From the NCBI GenBank assembly GCA_944381135.1, contig CALWJY010000001.1, forward strand, positions 217,306 to 281,305: DNA of 64,000 nt. Reading direction: 5' to 3'. This document shows, in pieces, positions 34,760 through 43,594 of the stretch. Position numbers and translations under genes: made by a program. The number at the start of each line of letters is the position of its first letter. Within the stretch, counting starts at the first letter, position 1. The notes beneath the pieces were generated by a model. It was given only the letters and a program-made list of their open reading frames with translations. It was not told the origin of the DNA and searched no databases. The stretch comes from an uncultured Clostridia bacterium (GTDB lineage Bacteria; Bacillota; Clostridia; Christensenellales; UBA1242).

Positions 34760-36415
34760 TCAGTCCAAAAGGACAATTGTCAAAATCATTGGACGGCGTT
34801 TTGTCCTTCTGTAGATGAAATTCGACACATTTCTCTTTGTGGTGTTTCTGATGATTGCAGGGTCGCATCCGCGCAAATCTTGTTCTTTCAAAGACGCAAC
34901 AATCATGTTTTTTGTGTCTTGAACAAAGGCCTCCGCCTCATCTTGATACACCACGCCTCTTGTGATGATGAATGGCTCACCAACCACATCACCCGAAACA
35001 TTGTTGATTGTCATGACAACCACGCAAATTCCGTCCTCAGAAAGTTGTTTTCTTTCTCGAAGAACATTGCTGTCCATGTCTCCAATTCCATAGCCGTCAA
35101 TCAACCTTTGCCCAGCAATTGTGAAGCCCACTTTCTTTATGCTGTTTGGTGAAAGTTCAATTTGCGCTCCTATTGTTGGCAAAATGATGTTTCGCTCATC
35201 CATTCCAAGAGCCATTGCAAGTTGTTTGTGCATTCTCAAGTGCCTATATTCTCCGTGAATTGGGATGAAGAATTTAGGTTTTGTGAGAGCGTGAATTGTT
35301 TTGATTTCTTCTTGGCATGCATGCCCTGAAGCATGAACTTCTGCAAGTTCGTCATAAATCACATCAGCACCTTTTTGGAAAAGAGAGTTGATGACATTAT
35401 ACACGCTTTTTTCATTTCCAGGAATTGGTGACGAAGAAAAAACAATCAAATCATTTGCACCAATTTTGATTTGCTTAAATTCGCCTGCCGCCATTCTTGA
35501 AAGGGCTGAAAGAGGTTCTCCCTGACTTCCTGTTGTCACAATCACAAGTTCTTTGTCGGCGTATTTATCAATTTTGTCAATGTCAATCATGTTTTCACGA
35601 TTGAAAGAAATTTCACCAATTTTCATGCCGACATCAACGATGTTAATCATGCTTCGTCCTGTGAATGCCACCTTACGCCCATATTTTTCAGCCAAATTTA
35701 AAATCTGTTGAAGTCTGTGGATGTTTGACGCAAAAGTTGCCACAAAAATTCTGTTGTCTGGATGAACCTTGAAAATTTCATCAAGTGCGCGTCCAACATT
35801 TTTCTCGCTCATGGAGTATCCTTTTCTGCAAACATTTGTGCTTTCACACATAAGCAAATTGACACCTTTCTTTCCAAGTTCGCCAAAGCGCTGGAGGTCA
35901 GTCATTGTGCCATCAATTGGTTCAAAATCAATCTTAAAGTCTCCTGTGTGGATGACATTTCCAGCAGGTGTGTTTATGCAAAGTGCCAAAGAGCCCGCAA
36001 TCGAGTGCGAAACCTTGATGAATTCCACCGAAAACGCGCCAATCTTAAGTACATTTTTTGGTTTCACTGCAACTGCTTTATATTTCACTTTTGGATGTTC
36101 TTTCATCTTGTTTTCAACAAGCGCAAGCGTCAATTTTGAGCCATAGATTGGTGCATTAATTTGTGCCAAAACAAAAGGAAGGGCTCCAATGTGGTCCTCA
36201 TGACCATGCGTCAGAAGGATGGCTTTAACCTTGTCTTTGTTGTTAATCAAATAGGTGATGTCAGGAATGACAACATCCACACCTGGAAGGTCGTCTCCCG
36301 GAAAAGTCATTCCGGCGTCAACCACAATGATTTCGTTGTTATATTCAAAAGCGGTCATATTTTTTCCAATTTCACCGACACCGCCCAAGAAGGTGATTTT
36401 AAGTTTGTTGTTCAT
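34760..36415 (-). CDS. rnj: Ribonuclease J
   Basis: The metallo-beta-lactamase motif LLTHGHEDHIGALP is present with beta-CASP layout over 551 aa. The SD is AAAGGAG. Confidence 0.95.
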   Translation of the reverse strand: MNNKLKITFLGGVGEIGKNMTAFEYNNEIIVVDAGMTFPGDDLPGVDVVIPDITYLINNKDKVKAILLTHGHEDHIGALPFVLAQINAPIYGSKLTLALVENKMKEHPKVKYKAVAVKPKNVLKIGAFSVEFIKVSHSIAGSLALCINTPAGNVIHTGDFKIDFEPIDGTMTDLQRFGELGKKGVNLLMCESTNVCRKGYSMSEKNVGRALDEIFKVHPDNRIFVATFASNIHRLQQILNLAEKYGRKVAFTGRSMINIVDVGMKIGEISFNRENMIDIDKIDKYADKELVIVTTGSQGEPLSALSRMAAGEFKQIKIGANDLIVFSSSPIPGNEKSVYNVINSLFQKGADVIYDELAEVHASGHACQEEIKTIHALTKPKFFIPIHGEYRHLRMHKQLAMALGMDERNIILPTIGAQIELSPNSIKKVGFTIAGQRLIDGYGIGDMDSNVLRERKQLSEDGICVVVMTINNVSGDVVGEPFIITRGVVYQDEAEAFVQDTKNMIVASLKEQDLRGCDPAIIRNTTKRNVSNFIYRRTKRRPMILTIVLLD

Positions 36416-36622
36416 ATTTTTCTCCTTTTATGTAATTTTTTATTTTTTTATTTAATTTTGTTTTTAATTTAATTTGATTTCGCTTTTTTGTTTTTCCCTT
36501 TTTAATTCTGTCTTTTAAATTTCGCTTTTTCGTGAAAATCTTTCAGAAAAAAACATCAAGCTTGTTTAATCCATCTCTCACATTCCACACAACTTCATCT
36601 TCACTTTTGCCATGTCATTTGG

Positions 36623-36735
36623 TTTAAACTTTTCAAAACAAACTCATAAAATCAAAACAATTTGCTTCAAGTCGCATAAATCAAAAAAAGAACAACTGCA
36701 ACTTGGCAAAATGAGAGAGTTTTGAAAAGTTTAAA
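36623..36735. repeat. Perfect 17-bp inverted repeat TTTAAACTTTTCAAAAC / GTTTTGAAAAGTTTAAA enclosing 79 nt, in the rnj leader
   Basis: The arms are at 36623-36639 and 36719-36735. Pairing can continue inward with CTCAT (36643-36647) and ATGAG (36711-36715). Confidence 0.7.
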
Positions 36736-36957
36736 TCTTCACAGCAAAATTTCAGCAATATGTCCGCTGAAAAATACAACAAAAGTTGCATAGAAGCAAA
36801 TTAAGCAAAATTTTTCTTTTGCAAAATCTTTTTCTTTTGATTTTTTGCAAGCGCACTTTAAGCAAGGCATAAATGCAAACAATAAAAACATAATGTTTGC
36901 AAAAACAAAATCCCATGCAAAAGCACGCAAACTTTGGCAAAATCACACAAAACTTCA

Positions 36958-37881
36958 TCAAAGAATGTATGCCGTTTTGTTTATGTTGTCCACCTCTTCC
37001 AATTTTTTTGGAGTGAGGATGTTGACATCATTGTAATAAAAACGCATACCTTGGCTTGAGAAGAACATTGTCATGTTGAAAACGCAAAGCATGATTGTCA
37101 TCAATGGCACAAGCGCAATCATTGTGTAAACACCAAAAATCAAAATCAAAAGCCAGAAGAGGAAGAAATAGAGCGCCGTTGTTGCAAAAGTGGAAAGAAG
37201 ATGGCGTCTGACAGCCTTAAATCCCTTGCGGAACGCTGAAAACACATTGCAATCAAACACAATAAGCGCCGGCATCCAACCAAGCACCGTCAATTCATGA
37301 AGCGTGAAGAAAACAACCAAAATCACAAATTCCACCAAAGGCAAGAAATAGGTGATGAAGAAAGTGTTTTCAATTGTTCCAACGCCATAGATTGCTGAAA
37401 TTGTCACAGCAAAGAACAGCAAGTTGTAGAGCGTTTTGCAAAGTGCAAACCCCAAAGATTTCCTAAGCCCCTTAACCAAAGCGCTGAAAAAGCCAACTTT
37501 GTTTTTGCTTGTCATATAGGAATAGAGCATTTCGCAAAAGGCATATTTCCCGATGTTAATCAAAAATGGAAGAATGATGAAAAGCACAATAAGCCCATAA
37601 ATCATCAAACCGACATTTGCCTCAAAAACCTGCTGACAAGTGGCAAACGATGTGTGAATTATGTTGTAAATTCCCATACCAAGTGAGCCTTTAAAAACGC
37701 CAGCAAAAGCATCCAAAACATTGGCATTTTGAAAATTTGAAACGACCACATCTTGAAACTCAAAAATGACAGGAAGCAACAAAACAAGACACACACCCCA
37801 AATCACAACATAATAAAGGAAGAATTTGAGTGCTTTAACCCAGTTTGAACCAAAAAGTTTGAGTGAATACAAAAACAACAT
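36958..37881 (-). CDS. Polytopic membrane protein, function unknown
   Basis: The 307-aa ORF has about 7 hydrophobic helices. A TTGACA-16-AATAAT promoter-like element lies about 22 nt upstream of the ATG. Confidence 0.6.
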   Translation of the reverse strand: MLFLYSLKLFGSNWVKALKFFLYYVVIWGVCLVLLLPVIFEFQDVVVSNFQNANVLDAFAGVFKGSLGMGIYNIIHTSFATCQQVFEANVGLMIYGLIVLFIILPFLINIGKYAFCEMLYSYMTSKNKVGFFSALVKGLRKSLGFALCKTLYNLLFFAVTISAIYGVGTIENTFFITYFLPLVEFVILVVFFTLHELTVLGWMPALIVFDCNVFSAFRKGFKAVRRHLLSTFATTALYFFLFWLLILIFGVYTMIALVPLMTIMLCVFNMTMFFSSQGMRFYYNDVNILTPKKLEEVDNINKTAYIL

Positions 37882-38240
37882 AAGACAAAACCCGTTTCAA
37901 AAAATTATTGAAATTTTTGACAAACTGTCAAATCTATCATTTTCAAATCTCAACAGTCATCTTTAAAGAATGAATTTGAGATTGACAACATGTTTCAAGC
38001 TGAAATTATTATATCACATAAAGACGAAAATGTAAACAAAAAACAACAAAAATCTTTTTGAGTAATCAAAAAGTCAAATTTTCTCTTCAGTTTAAATTAA
38101 GATTATAAAATCTTAAATAAATTTATAAAAAATTTTAACTAAATTATAAAAATTATATTTAAAAATATTTTCAAATTAAGAAAGTCGCCAAACTAAAAAA
38201 TGTCAAATTAAAAAAGATTGTCAAATTGAAAACTTCAAAT

Positions 38241-38270
38241 AAAAAACATTGAGATGATTAAATCTCAATG
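38241..38270 (-). terminator. Rho-independent terminator of greA (stop codon sits in the loop)
   Basis: The minus strand reads CATTGAGAT-ttaatc-ATCTCAATG followed by TTTTTT. Confidence 0.8.
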
Positions 38271-38728
38271 GCAAGAATTTTATAACATACAACTCCGCCC
38301 GGAGTTTGAACAGAAATTGTTTCACCTTTTTTATGTCCAAGCAAAGCCTTTCCAACAGGCGAAACATTGCTTATGATTCCTTTTCTTGGGTCGCTTTCGG
38401 ATGAACCTGAAATTTGATAAACCACTTCTTCATCAAAGTCTTCATCATAAATTTTCACCTTGCAACCAACACTGACAACATCAGCATCAAGTTTTTTCTT
38501 GTCAATCACTTCAGCATTCAAGAGGATGTTTTCAATCTCGCTGATTTGCGCTTCAATTTGCGCCTGTTCATCCTTTGCAGCATCATATTCAGAATTTTCA
38601 GACAAGTCACCAAACTCTCTTGCAATTCCAATACGTTTGACAACTTCTGGTCTTTTCACGGTTTTAAGATGGTTTAATTTTTCCTCAAGTTGAATTTTCC
38701 CTTCTGGTGTGAGATAATGTTTTTCCAT
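38258..38728 (-). CDS. greA: Transcription elongation factor GreA
   Basis: LTPEGKIQLEEKLNHLKTVKRPEVVKRIGIAREFGDLSENSEYDAAKDEQ is a canonical GreA N-terminus. Confidence 0.95.
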   Translation of the reverse strand: MEKHYLTPEGKIQLEEKLNHLKTVKRPEVVKRIGIAREFGDLSENSEYDAAKDEQAQIEAQISEIENILLNAEVIDKKKLDADVVSVGCKVKIYDEDFDEEVVYQISGSSESDPRKGIISNVSPVGKALLGHKKGETISVQTPGGVVCYKILAIEI

Positions 38729-38873
38729 AATTTTTGCCTCCTTTAATCAAAAAACATTCAAAAAAAATCGACCAATTTGGTCTTTCATTAAGTTTTGAAA
38801 CGTGGTTTGAAAGCAACAAATCGTCTTCCAAACACCTGACAAAACTTTCAATTTATTTCCTTTTGACCCCAAT

Positions 38874-38902
38874 ATTTTATTCTATTTTTCAAAAAAAGTC
38901 AA
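38874..38902 (-). promoter_or_regulatory. SigA-type promoter for greA (-35 TTGACT, 17 nt, -10 TAAAAT)
   Basis: The -10 box is at 38874-38879 and -35 at 38897-38902 (minus strand). This predicts a leader of about 140 nt. Confidence 0.5.
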
Positions 38903-39145
38903 CTAAATTAACAATTTTTTCAAATTAAAATCAGCTTTTTAAATTTGTAAACAAAAACTCACAAACTTAAAGCACAGCATTGCGTCAAAAGATAATGCAT
39001 ATGTTTTGTATTTTTTAAACTTTTATTCAAATAATAATATGTGAAAACACGAAAAAAGATGACAAAACCACAATAAGTTTGATTTTTGAAAATTTAAATT
39101 TTTTATGGTTTTCGGTTGAAATTCATCTTAAATTGGAGGATTTAT

Positions 39146-39775
39146 ATGTTGACATTCATTGCTTTTGTTTTGACACTTGCCGGTTGCATAAATTGGCTTT
39201 TGATTGGAGTTTTGCAATATGATTTCATTGCCGGTCTCTTTGGCTTTCAAGGAAGCATTTTTTCAAGAATAATCTACATCTTCTTTGGAATTGGTGCAGT
39301 CTATCTCACTCTCCGCGTCATAATCAACAAAGGCACATTCAAGATTTATGAAAAACGCAAGAAAAAGACAGCCGACATTCAAACAAACCAATTGTCACAG
39401 CAGGAAAACTCCTCTCAAAATGAAACAACAAACAACTCAACAAATCAAAATCAGCCAGCATATGTCAACATTGAAGCAAGTGAAGAAACAATTCCGCAAA
39501 CTCAAGAAAAACCAAAAAAGAAGAAAAAATGGTGGAAATTTTGGGAAAAAGACGACAAAAAAAGCAAAAAATCTAAAAAAATAGAAAAAGAAGAAGTTTC
39601 CGAAAATGCAATTCAAATCACCATTCCTCAAAACACAGAAAACATGCAACAAAACACAACAGAAAGCGAAACAACCAGTCCCCAAAGTGAAACTCTGTCA
39701 GAAAGCAAAACCATTCAACAGACAAACACCAATTTCACACAAGACAATCTTTTTGATGAGCATTTGCACCACTAA
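39146..39775 (+). CDS. DUF378-family small membrane protein with a roughly 140-aa low-complexity extension
   Basis: The ATG at 39146 follows GGAGG. GCINWLLIGVLQYDFIAGLFG...SRIIYIFFGIGAVY resembles the DUF378 core. Confidence 0.7.
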   Translation: MLTFIAFVLTLAGCINWLLIGVLQYDFIAGLFGFQGSIFSRIIYIFFGIGAVYLTLRVIINKGTFKIYEKRKKKTADIQTNQLSQQENSSQNETTNNSTNQNQPAYVNIEASEETIPQTQEKPKKKKKWWKFWEKDDKKSKKSKKIEKEEVSENAIQITIPQNTENMQQNTTESETTSPQSETLSESKTIQQTNTNFTQDNLFDEHLHH

Positions 39776-39976
39776 GTGTCATTGACACTTTCTATTCTTG
39801 ATTTATTCTTTCAAAAATTTTATGTTGTTTCCTGTCAATTTGTTCTCTCAAAATTGATTTGTTTCTCAATCTCAATCACAAACATTTTTGGTTTTTAATT
39901 TAATTGCAAGAATTTGATTTTTAATTTCATTTACAATGATGTTTAAAAACTGATTTTAATTTCATCCATATACACT

Positions 39977-40004
39977 TTGATTTTTCAGTTTTTTATGCTA
40001 AAAT
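39977..40004 (+). promoter_or_regulatory. Promoter candidate for the MGMT-domain gene (-35 TTGATT, 16 nt, TGcTAAAAT)
   Basis: TTGATT lies at 39977-39982 and TAAAAT at 39999-40004. Confidence 0.45.
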
Positions 40005-40026
40005 AATCAAAAATGAGGTTATTTTT

Positions 40027-40347
40027 ATGAATTTTTTTGAAGCGGTATATAAAAAAGTGCAGGAAATTCCGAAAGGCAAAGTTGCAACCTATGGCGACAT
40101 TGCAAAAGCGGTTGGAAATTCTCGGATGTCAAGACAAGTTGGTTGGGCATTGCATTCAAACCCGCAACCAAAGGTCATTCCATGCCACCGCGTTGTCAAT
40201 CGCGAGGGTCGCCTCTCCTCCGCTTTTCGTTTTGGAGGTGTCAACATTCAAAAACAACTCCTTGAAGAAGAGGGCGTCACGGTTCGCGAAGACCTGACCG
40301 TTGACCTCTCTAAATTTCACCACACATTTAATGAAAACTTAAACTGA
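40027..40347 (+). CDS. MGMT-family protein (O6-alkylguanine transferase active-site/DNA-binding domain only)
   Basis: KVATYGDIA...IPCHRVVN contains the PCHRV active-site cysteine motif. At 106 aa, the protein has no N-terminal domain. Confidence 0.8.
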   Translation: MNFFEAVYKKVQEIPKGKVATYGDIAKAVGNSRMSRQVGWALHSNPQPKVIPCHRVVNREGRLSSAFRFGGVNIQKQLLEEEGVTVREDLTVDLSKFHHTFNENLN

Positions 40348-40460
40348 TTTTCATACGTTTTCGCATTTTTCTGTAAGTTTTCTTTTGATTTTTTTCAATT
40401 TGTTTTTTTTCAGTTTTTCTTTAAAATGAAATAAAATTAAACAAATTTTAATTAAAAATT

Positions 40461-41144
40461 TCACATTTTTAAACCCAAATTGTTTATTTCTGGCAAAATC
40501 TGTTTCAAATCTGAAACATCATTTAAAACTATGTGCCATTTCGTTGAATTGCTTTTTTCGGCGTCATCCGGATTTATGCACAATGTGCGACATCCAGACA
40601 AATATGCCCACTCGTCATTTCCGCCATTTCCAACAAAGACGATGTTTTTTGCCAAAATGCCGGTTTTGATTTTAAATTCTTCAACAAAACGCGCCTTTCC
40701 AGCAAAGTCATAGTTTGTGCCTTGAATATGCAACAACCGCCCCCTTTCATCAAACTGCAAAACATTTGCATTTATGCTGTCAAAAAACTTAACATTCTCG
40801 CCCAAAACTCGTTCAATGACGCTTATTATGTTTCCGCTGACAATATGCAACGAAAATCCCTCTTTTTTCAATGTTTCGAAAACCTCGTGTGCACCCGAAA
40901 TAAGTTTGGTTTTGTCAGCAATCTCATCAAGCACACTTTTGTTCATGCCCTTGCTTATGAAAGCTTCACAAGTCAAATCACACCATTGCTGGTGTGTGAT
41001 TTTTTCTGATATGAAATCACCATACAACTTGGCATAATGTGAGTTTTTTCCAACATCAAAGCCTAAATTTTGCCAAATCGACTTCCAAACATTCGAATTT
41101 TTGCATGTCAAAGTTCCGTCGAAATCAAAAATCACACTTTTCAT
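40461..41144 (-). CDS. HAD-superfamily hydrolase (HAD-IB/phosphoserine-phosphatase-like)
   Basis: MKSVIFDFDGTLT carries the DxDGT motif I, and VGNGGNDE is motif IV. Confidence 0.7.
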   Translation of the reverse strand: MKSVIFDFDGTLTCKNSNVWKSIWQNLGFDVGKNSHYAKLYGDFISEKITHQQWCDLTCEAFISKGMNKSVLDEIADKTKLISGAHEVFETLKKEGFSLHIVSGNIISVIERVLGENVKFFDSINANVLQFDERGRLLHIQGTNYDFAGKARFVEEFKIKTGILAKNIVFVGNGGNDEWAYLSGCRTLCINPDDAEKSNSTKWHIVLNDVSDLKQILPEINNLGLKM

Positions 41145-41251
41145 CAAAATCAATCCTTCTCAGCACTCAATTCTCAAACCGCCCTAAACCACTCAAACCT
41201 GCTGTTGAACAAAAATTCAACTCAAATTCAACTTTATTTCAACAAGTTTTG

Positions 41252-41749
41252 TCAACTCTTGTTGATTTCATCACGCAATTTCATCCAAAGTTTGCCCAAT
41301 TCGTTTCGACCATCTCTGTTTGGTCCAATTCCCCAAAAAGAGTCTTTTGGACTGTCCTCACAAATGAGATGCCCCTTTGTTTTCAGAAGTTTCTCTTTCA
41401 CTGTCGGGTTTTGCTCCATTTTGGCACGCAAAAGTTTTTCCATAAGTTCAATGTTGATGTTTTGCCAATTTGGGTCCACCTTATCCTTGTTTAAATCAGC
41501 AATCTTTTTTGCATCGTGAGGAGAATTGCTCTCAATAATTTGTTTTGCAATTTCAGGTGCGGTGTGGATGAATTTATATGATTGATACGCATGCTCAACA
41601 GTCTGAAAAACTTTGCCCCCAAATTCAAATTTAAAAGCGGAAAAATTATCAAGACAATAGAACTCTCGCGTGTAAAAACCAATGAAATCTCCATTCATGA
41701 TGTTTTCTGCCAAAAAAATGTCCCGGTATGATTCCAAATCTTTAATCAT
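41252..41749 (-). CDS. NADAR-family protein (YbiA/DUF1768 N-glycosidase fold)
   Basis: F.TVEHAYQSYKF, SPHDAKKIA and DSFWGIGPNRDGRNELGKLWMKLR are present. The ATG at 41749 has a GGAGGAAAAA SD and overlaps the upstream gene by 8 nt. Confidence 0.8.
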   Translation of the reverse strand: MIKDLESYRDIFLAENIMNGDFIGFYTREFYCLDNFSAFKFEFGGKVFQTVEHAYQSYKFIHTAPEIAKQIIESNSPHDAKKIADLNKDKVDPNWQNINIELMEKLLRAKMEQNPTVKEKLLKTKGHLICEDSPKDSFWGIGPNRDGRNELGKLWMKLRDEINKS

Positions 41750-42347
41750 TTTTTCCTCCCATACACAAATTATCCTTGTCGTCATCCCAATATTTCGTTT
41801 TCAAATCCAAAAGTCTTTCAATTTCTGCCATATCATAAAGCCTAAAATGGTTCAAGTCACAACCAACATTAAGCCCAAAAGGCTTCCACAACCCTGTCGT
41901 TCGATGAGTATGTCCAAACAAATTGACATATCCTGCTTTAAAATTTGATGGTTTGTGATTAAGATAAATTTTCAAGCCATCAACATTCAAAAATTCCTCT
42001 CTTTTGACATCTAAAAAACCACATTCGCACAAAAATGAGCAAAATTTCTCAAAATCGTCGTCAAAATGGAGTTTCATAATCATTTCATCATTGTTTCCAA
42101 GAATCAAAACAACTTTTGCCCGAATCTTCTTCACCAATTTATATGCTTTCTCAAAATCGGTCTCAACACCCGGAAAACAATAAACAAAATCACCCAAAAA
42201 ATAGATGACATCATCTTTTCCAGCTTGTTTGTTCCATGTCCTTATTGTTTTTCTTGCAAACTGCTTCCAATTCTTGAAAGGTCTGTTTTCTCTTTCAATG
42301 ATTCCATCATTGCCAAAATGCGTGTCACTTGTAAAAAATGTTCCCAT
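41742..42347 (-). CDS. Calcineurin-like metallophosphoesterase
   Basis: MGTFFTSDTHFG (DxH), LGDFV, LGNND and GHTH are present. I chose the ATG at 42347, which has no SD and lies 6 nt after an extended -10. Confidence 0.75.
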   Translation of the reverse strand: MGTFFTSDTHFGNDGIIERENRPFKNWKQFARKTIRTWNKQAGKDDVIYFLGDFVYCFPGVETDFEKAYKLVKKIRAKVVLILGNNDEMIMKLHFDDDFEKFCSFLCECGFLDVKREEFLNVDGLKIYLNHKPSNFKAGYVNLFGHTHRTTGLWKPFGLNVGCDLNHFRLYDMAEIERLLDLKTKYWDDDKDNLCMGGKND

Positions 42348-42353
42348 GAATAA

Positions 42354-42381
42354 ATTATACCAAATTCTGAGCATAAATCAA
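42354..42381 (-). promoter_or_regulatory. Promoter candidate giving a leaderless mRNA for the metallophosphoesterase-NADAR pair (-35 TTGATT, 16 nt, TGgTATAAT, then 6 nt to the ATG)
   Basis: The -10 box is at 42354-42359 and -35 at 42376-42381 (minus strand). Confidence 0.45.
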
Positions 42382-42458
42382 TTCAAATAAACAAAAAACA
42401 TCATAAATCACCAAAATCAATCAATTTCACCAATAAAATCAAACCGAACTAAATCAAA

Positions 42459-43334
42459 CTAAATCAAACTAAAATATCCAGAGCCATTGAAACTTTCATC
42501 CTTTTGAATTGGAAAATCTTTGTCAAGTCTTTCCCAATCTTCTTTTGACAACTCAAAATTTTCCGTTTCAAGCACCTCATCAATATGTTTTTTGTTGGTG
42601 CTTTTAAAAAGTATGCTGACGCCGTCTTGCTGAGTGAGCCACTTCACCGCAATTTGAGCATTTGTTTTGCCATATTTTTTTGCAATCTCATCCAACATTG
42701 GAAAAGTGCCCGTTTGATAGTGCGGGTCGGTTGCACCCGGAAATGAAAAACGAATTGGACGCCACGCAATGAAATGCTTGCCCTCATTCCTGCAAAAATC
42801 AACAACGCCTTTTCTTTGTGATTCTCTTGCCACCAAGTTGTATTGATTTTGAACAACAAACACAGGCACGTTCAAAAATTTTTCATATTCTTTAATCGTC
42901 TCAACCGAAACATTACTGAGCCCAACATTTTTAATCACCCCACGCCTTAAAAGTTCGTTGAAAGCACTTGCGGTTTCCTTGATTGGAATTTCAGGATTTG
43001 GATGATGAACATACAACAAATCAACCCAATCAACACCCAATCTTTTCAGTGAAGTTTCACAAGAGCGTATGAAGTTTTCATAGCCCAAATTTTCAGATTT
43101 GACTTTTGTTGCAAGAAACAAATTTTCGCGCGGAAAATCTTTAATTGCCTGTCCAACCAACTCTTCACACTTCCCACCAGCATATCCCGCAGCAGTATCA
43201 ATGTGTGTCACACCTTTTTCAAGCACATATCTAATCGCTTCAACATCTCTTGCGTCATCATTGTTTGGGTCAGGAATCACATCTCCGCCCATTTTCCAAG
43301 TTCCAAATCCAATCTTTTTCAATTCACTCACCAC
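42459..43334 (-). CDS. Aldo/keto reductase
   Basis: GFGTWKMGG and IDTAAGYAGGKCEELVGQA are present with AKR layout. The start codon is GTG. Confidence 0.9.
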   Translation of the reverse strand: MVSELKKIGFGTWKMGGDVIPDPNNDDARDVEAIRYVLEKGVTHIDTAAGYAGGKCEELVGQAIKDFPRENLFLATKVKSENLGYENFIRSCETSLKRLGVDWVDLLYVHHPNPEIPIKETASAFNELLRRGVIKNVGLSNVSVETIKEYEKFLNVPVFVVQNQYNLVARESQRKGVVDFCRNEGKHFIAWRPIRFSFPGATDPHYQTGTFPMLDEIAKKYGKTNAQIAVKWLTQQDGVSILFKSTNKKHIDEVLETENFELSKEDWERLDKDFPIQKDESFNGSGYFSLI

Positions 43335-43385
43335 ATTCTTCCTCGGAAAACAAATATTATTTTTTCTGTTAAATTTTATAATTTT

Positions 43386-43461
43386 TGGAGCTACTGGGCG
43401 GACTCGAACCGCCGACCTGCTGATTACGAATCAGCTGCTCTACCGACTGAGCCACAGTAGC
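43386..43461 (-). tRNA. trnT: tRNA-Thr (anticodon CGU), CCA encoded
   Basis: The reverse complement is GCTACTGTGGCTCAGTCGGTAGAGCAGCTGATTCGTAATCAGCAGGTCGGCGGTTCGAGTCCGCCCAGTAGCTCCA. It has a 7-bp acceptor stem, an anticodon loop TTCGTAA and a T-loop GGTTCGAGTCC. Confidence 0.9.
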
Positions 43462-43594
43462 ACGAAGTGGCAAATGCCACATTTTTATTTGTTTTTATTC
43501 TCAAAATTTCAAAAATGATTTTAGACAATCCCTTTGATTTTGTCAATCACTTTCAAAACAATTGATTTTTAAGTTCAAATTTCGCTTCAAACTC

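Noticed and set aside
36739-36961. Small minus-strand ORFs (63 and 69 aa) inside the rnj leader
   Set aside because: The translations are Cys/Phe-rich and overlap each other. They have no SD and lie in a region better explained as a structured 5' UTR.
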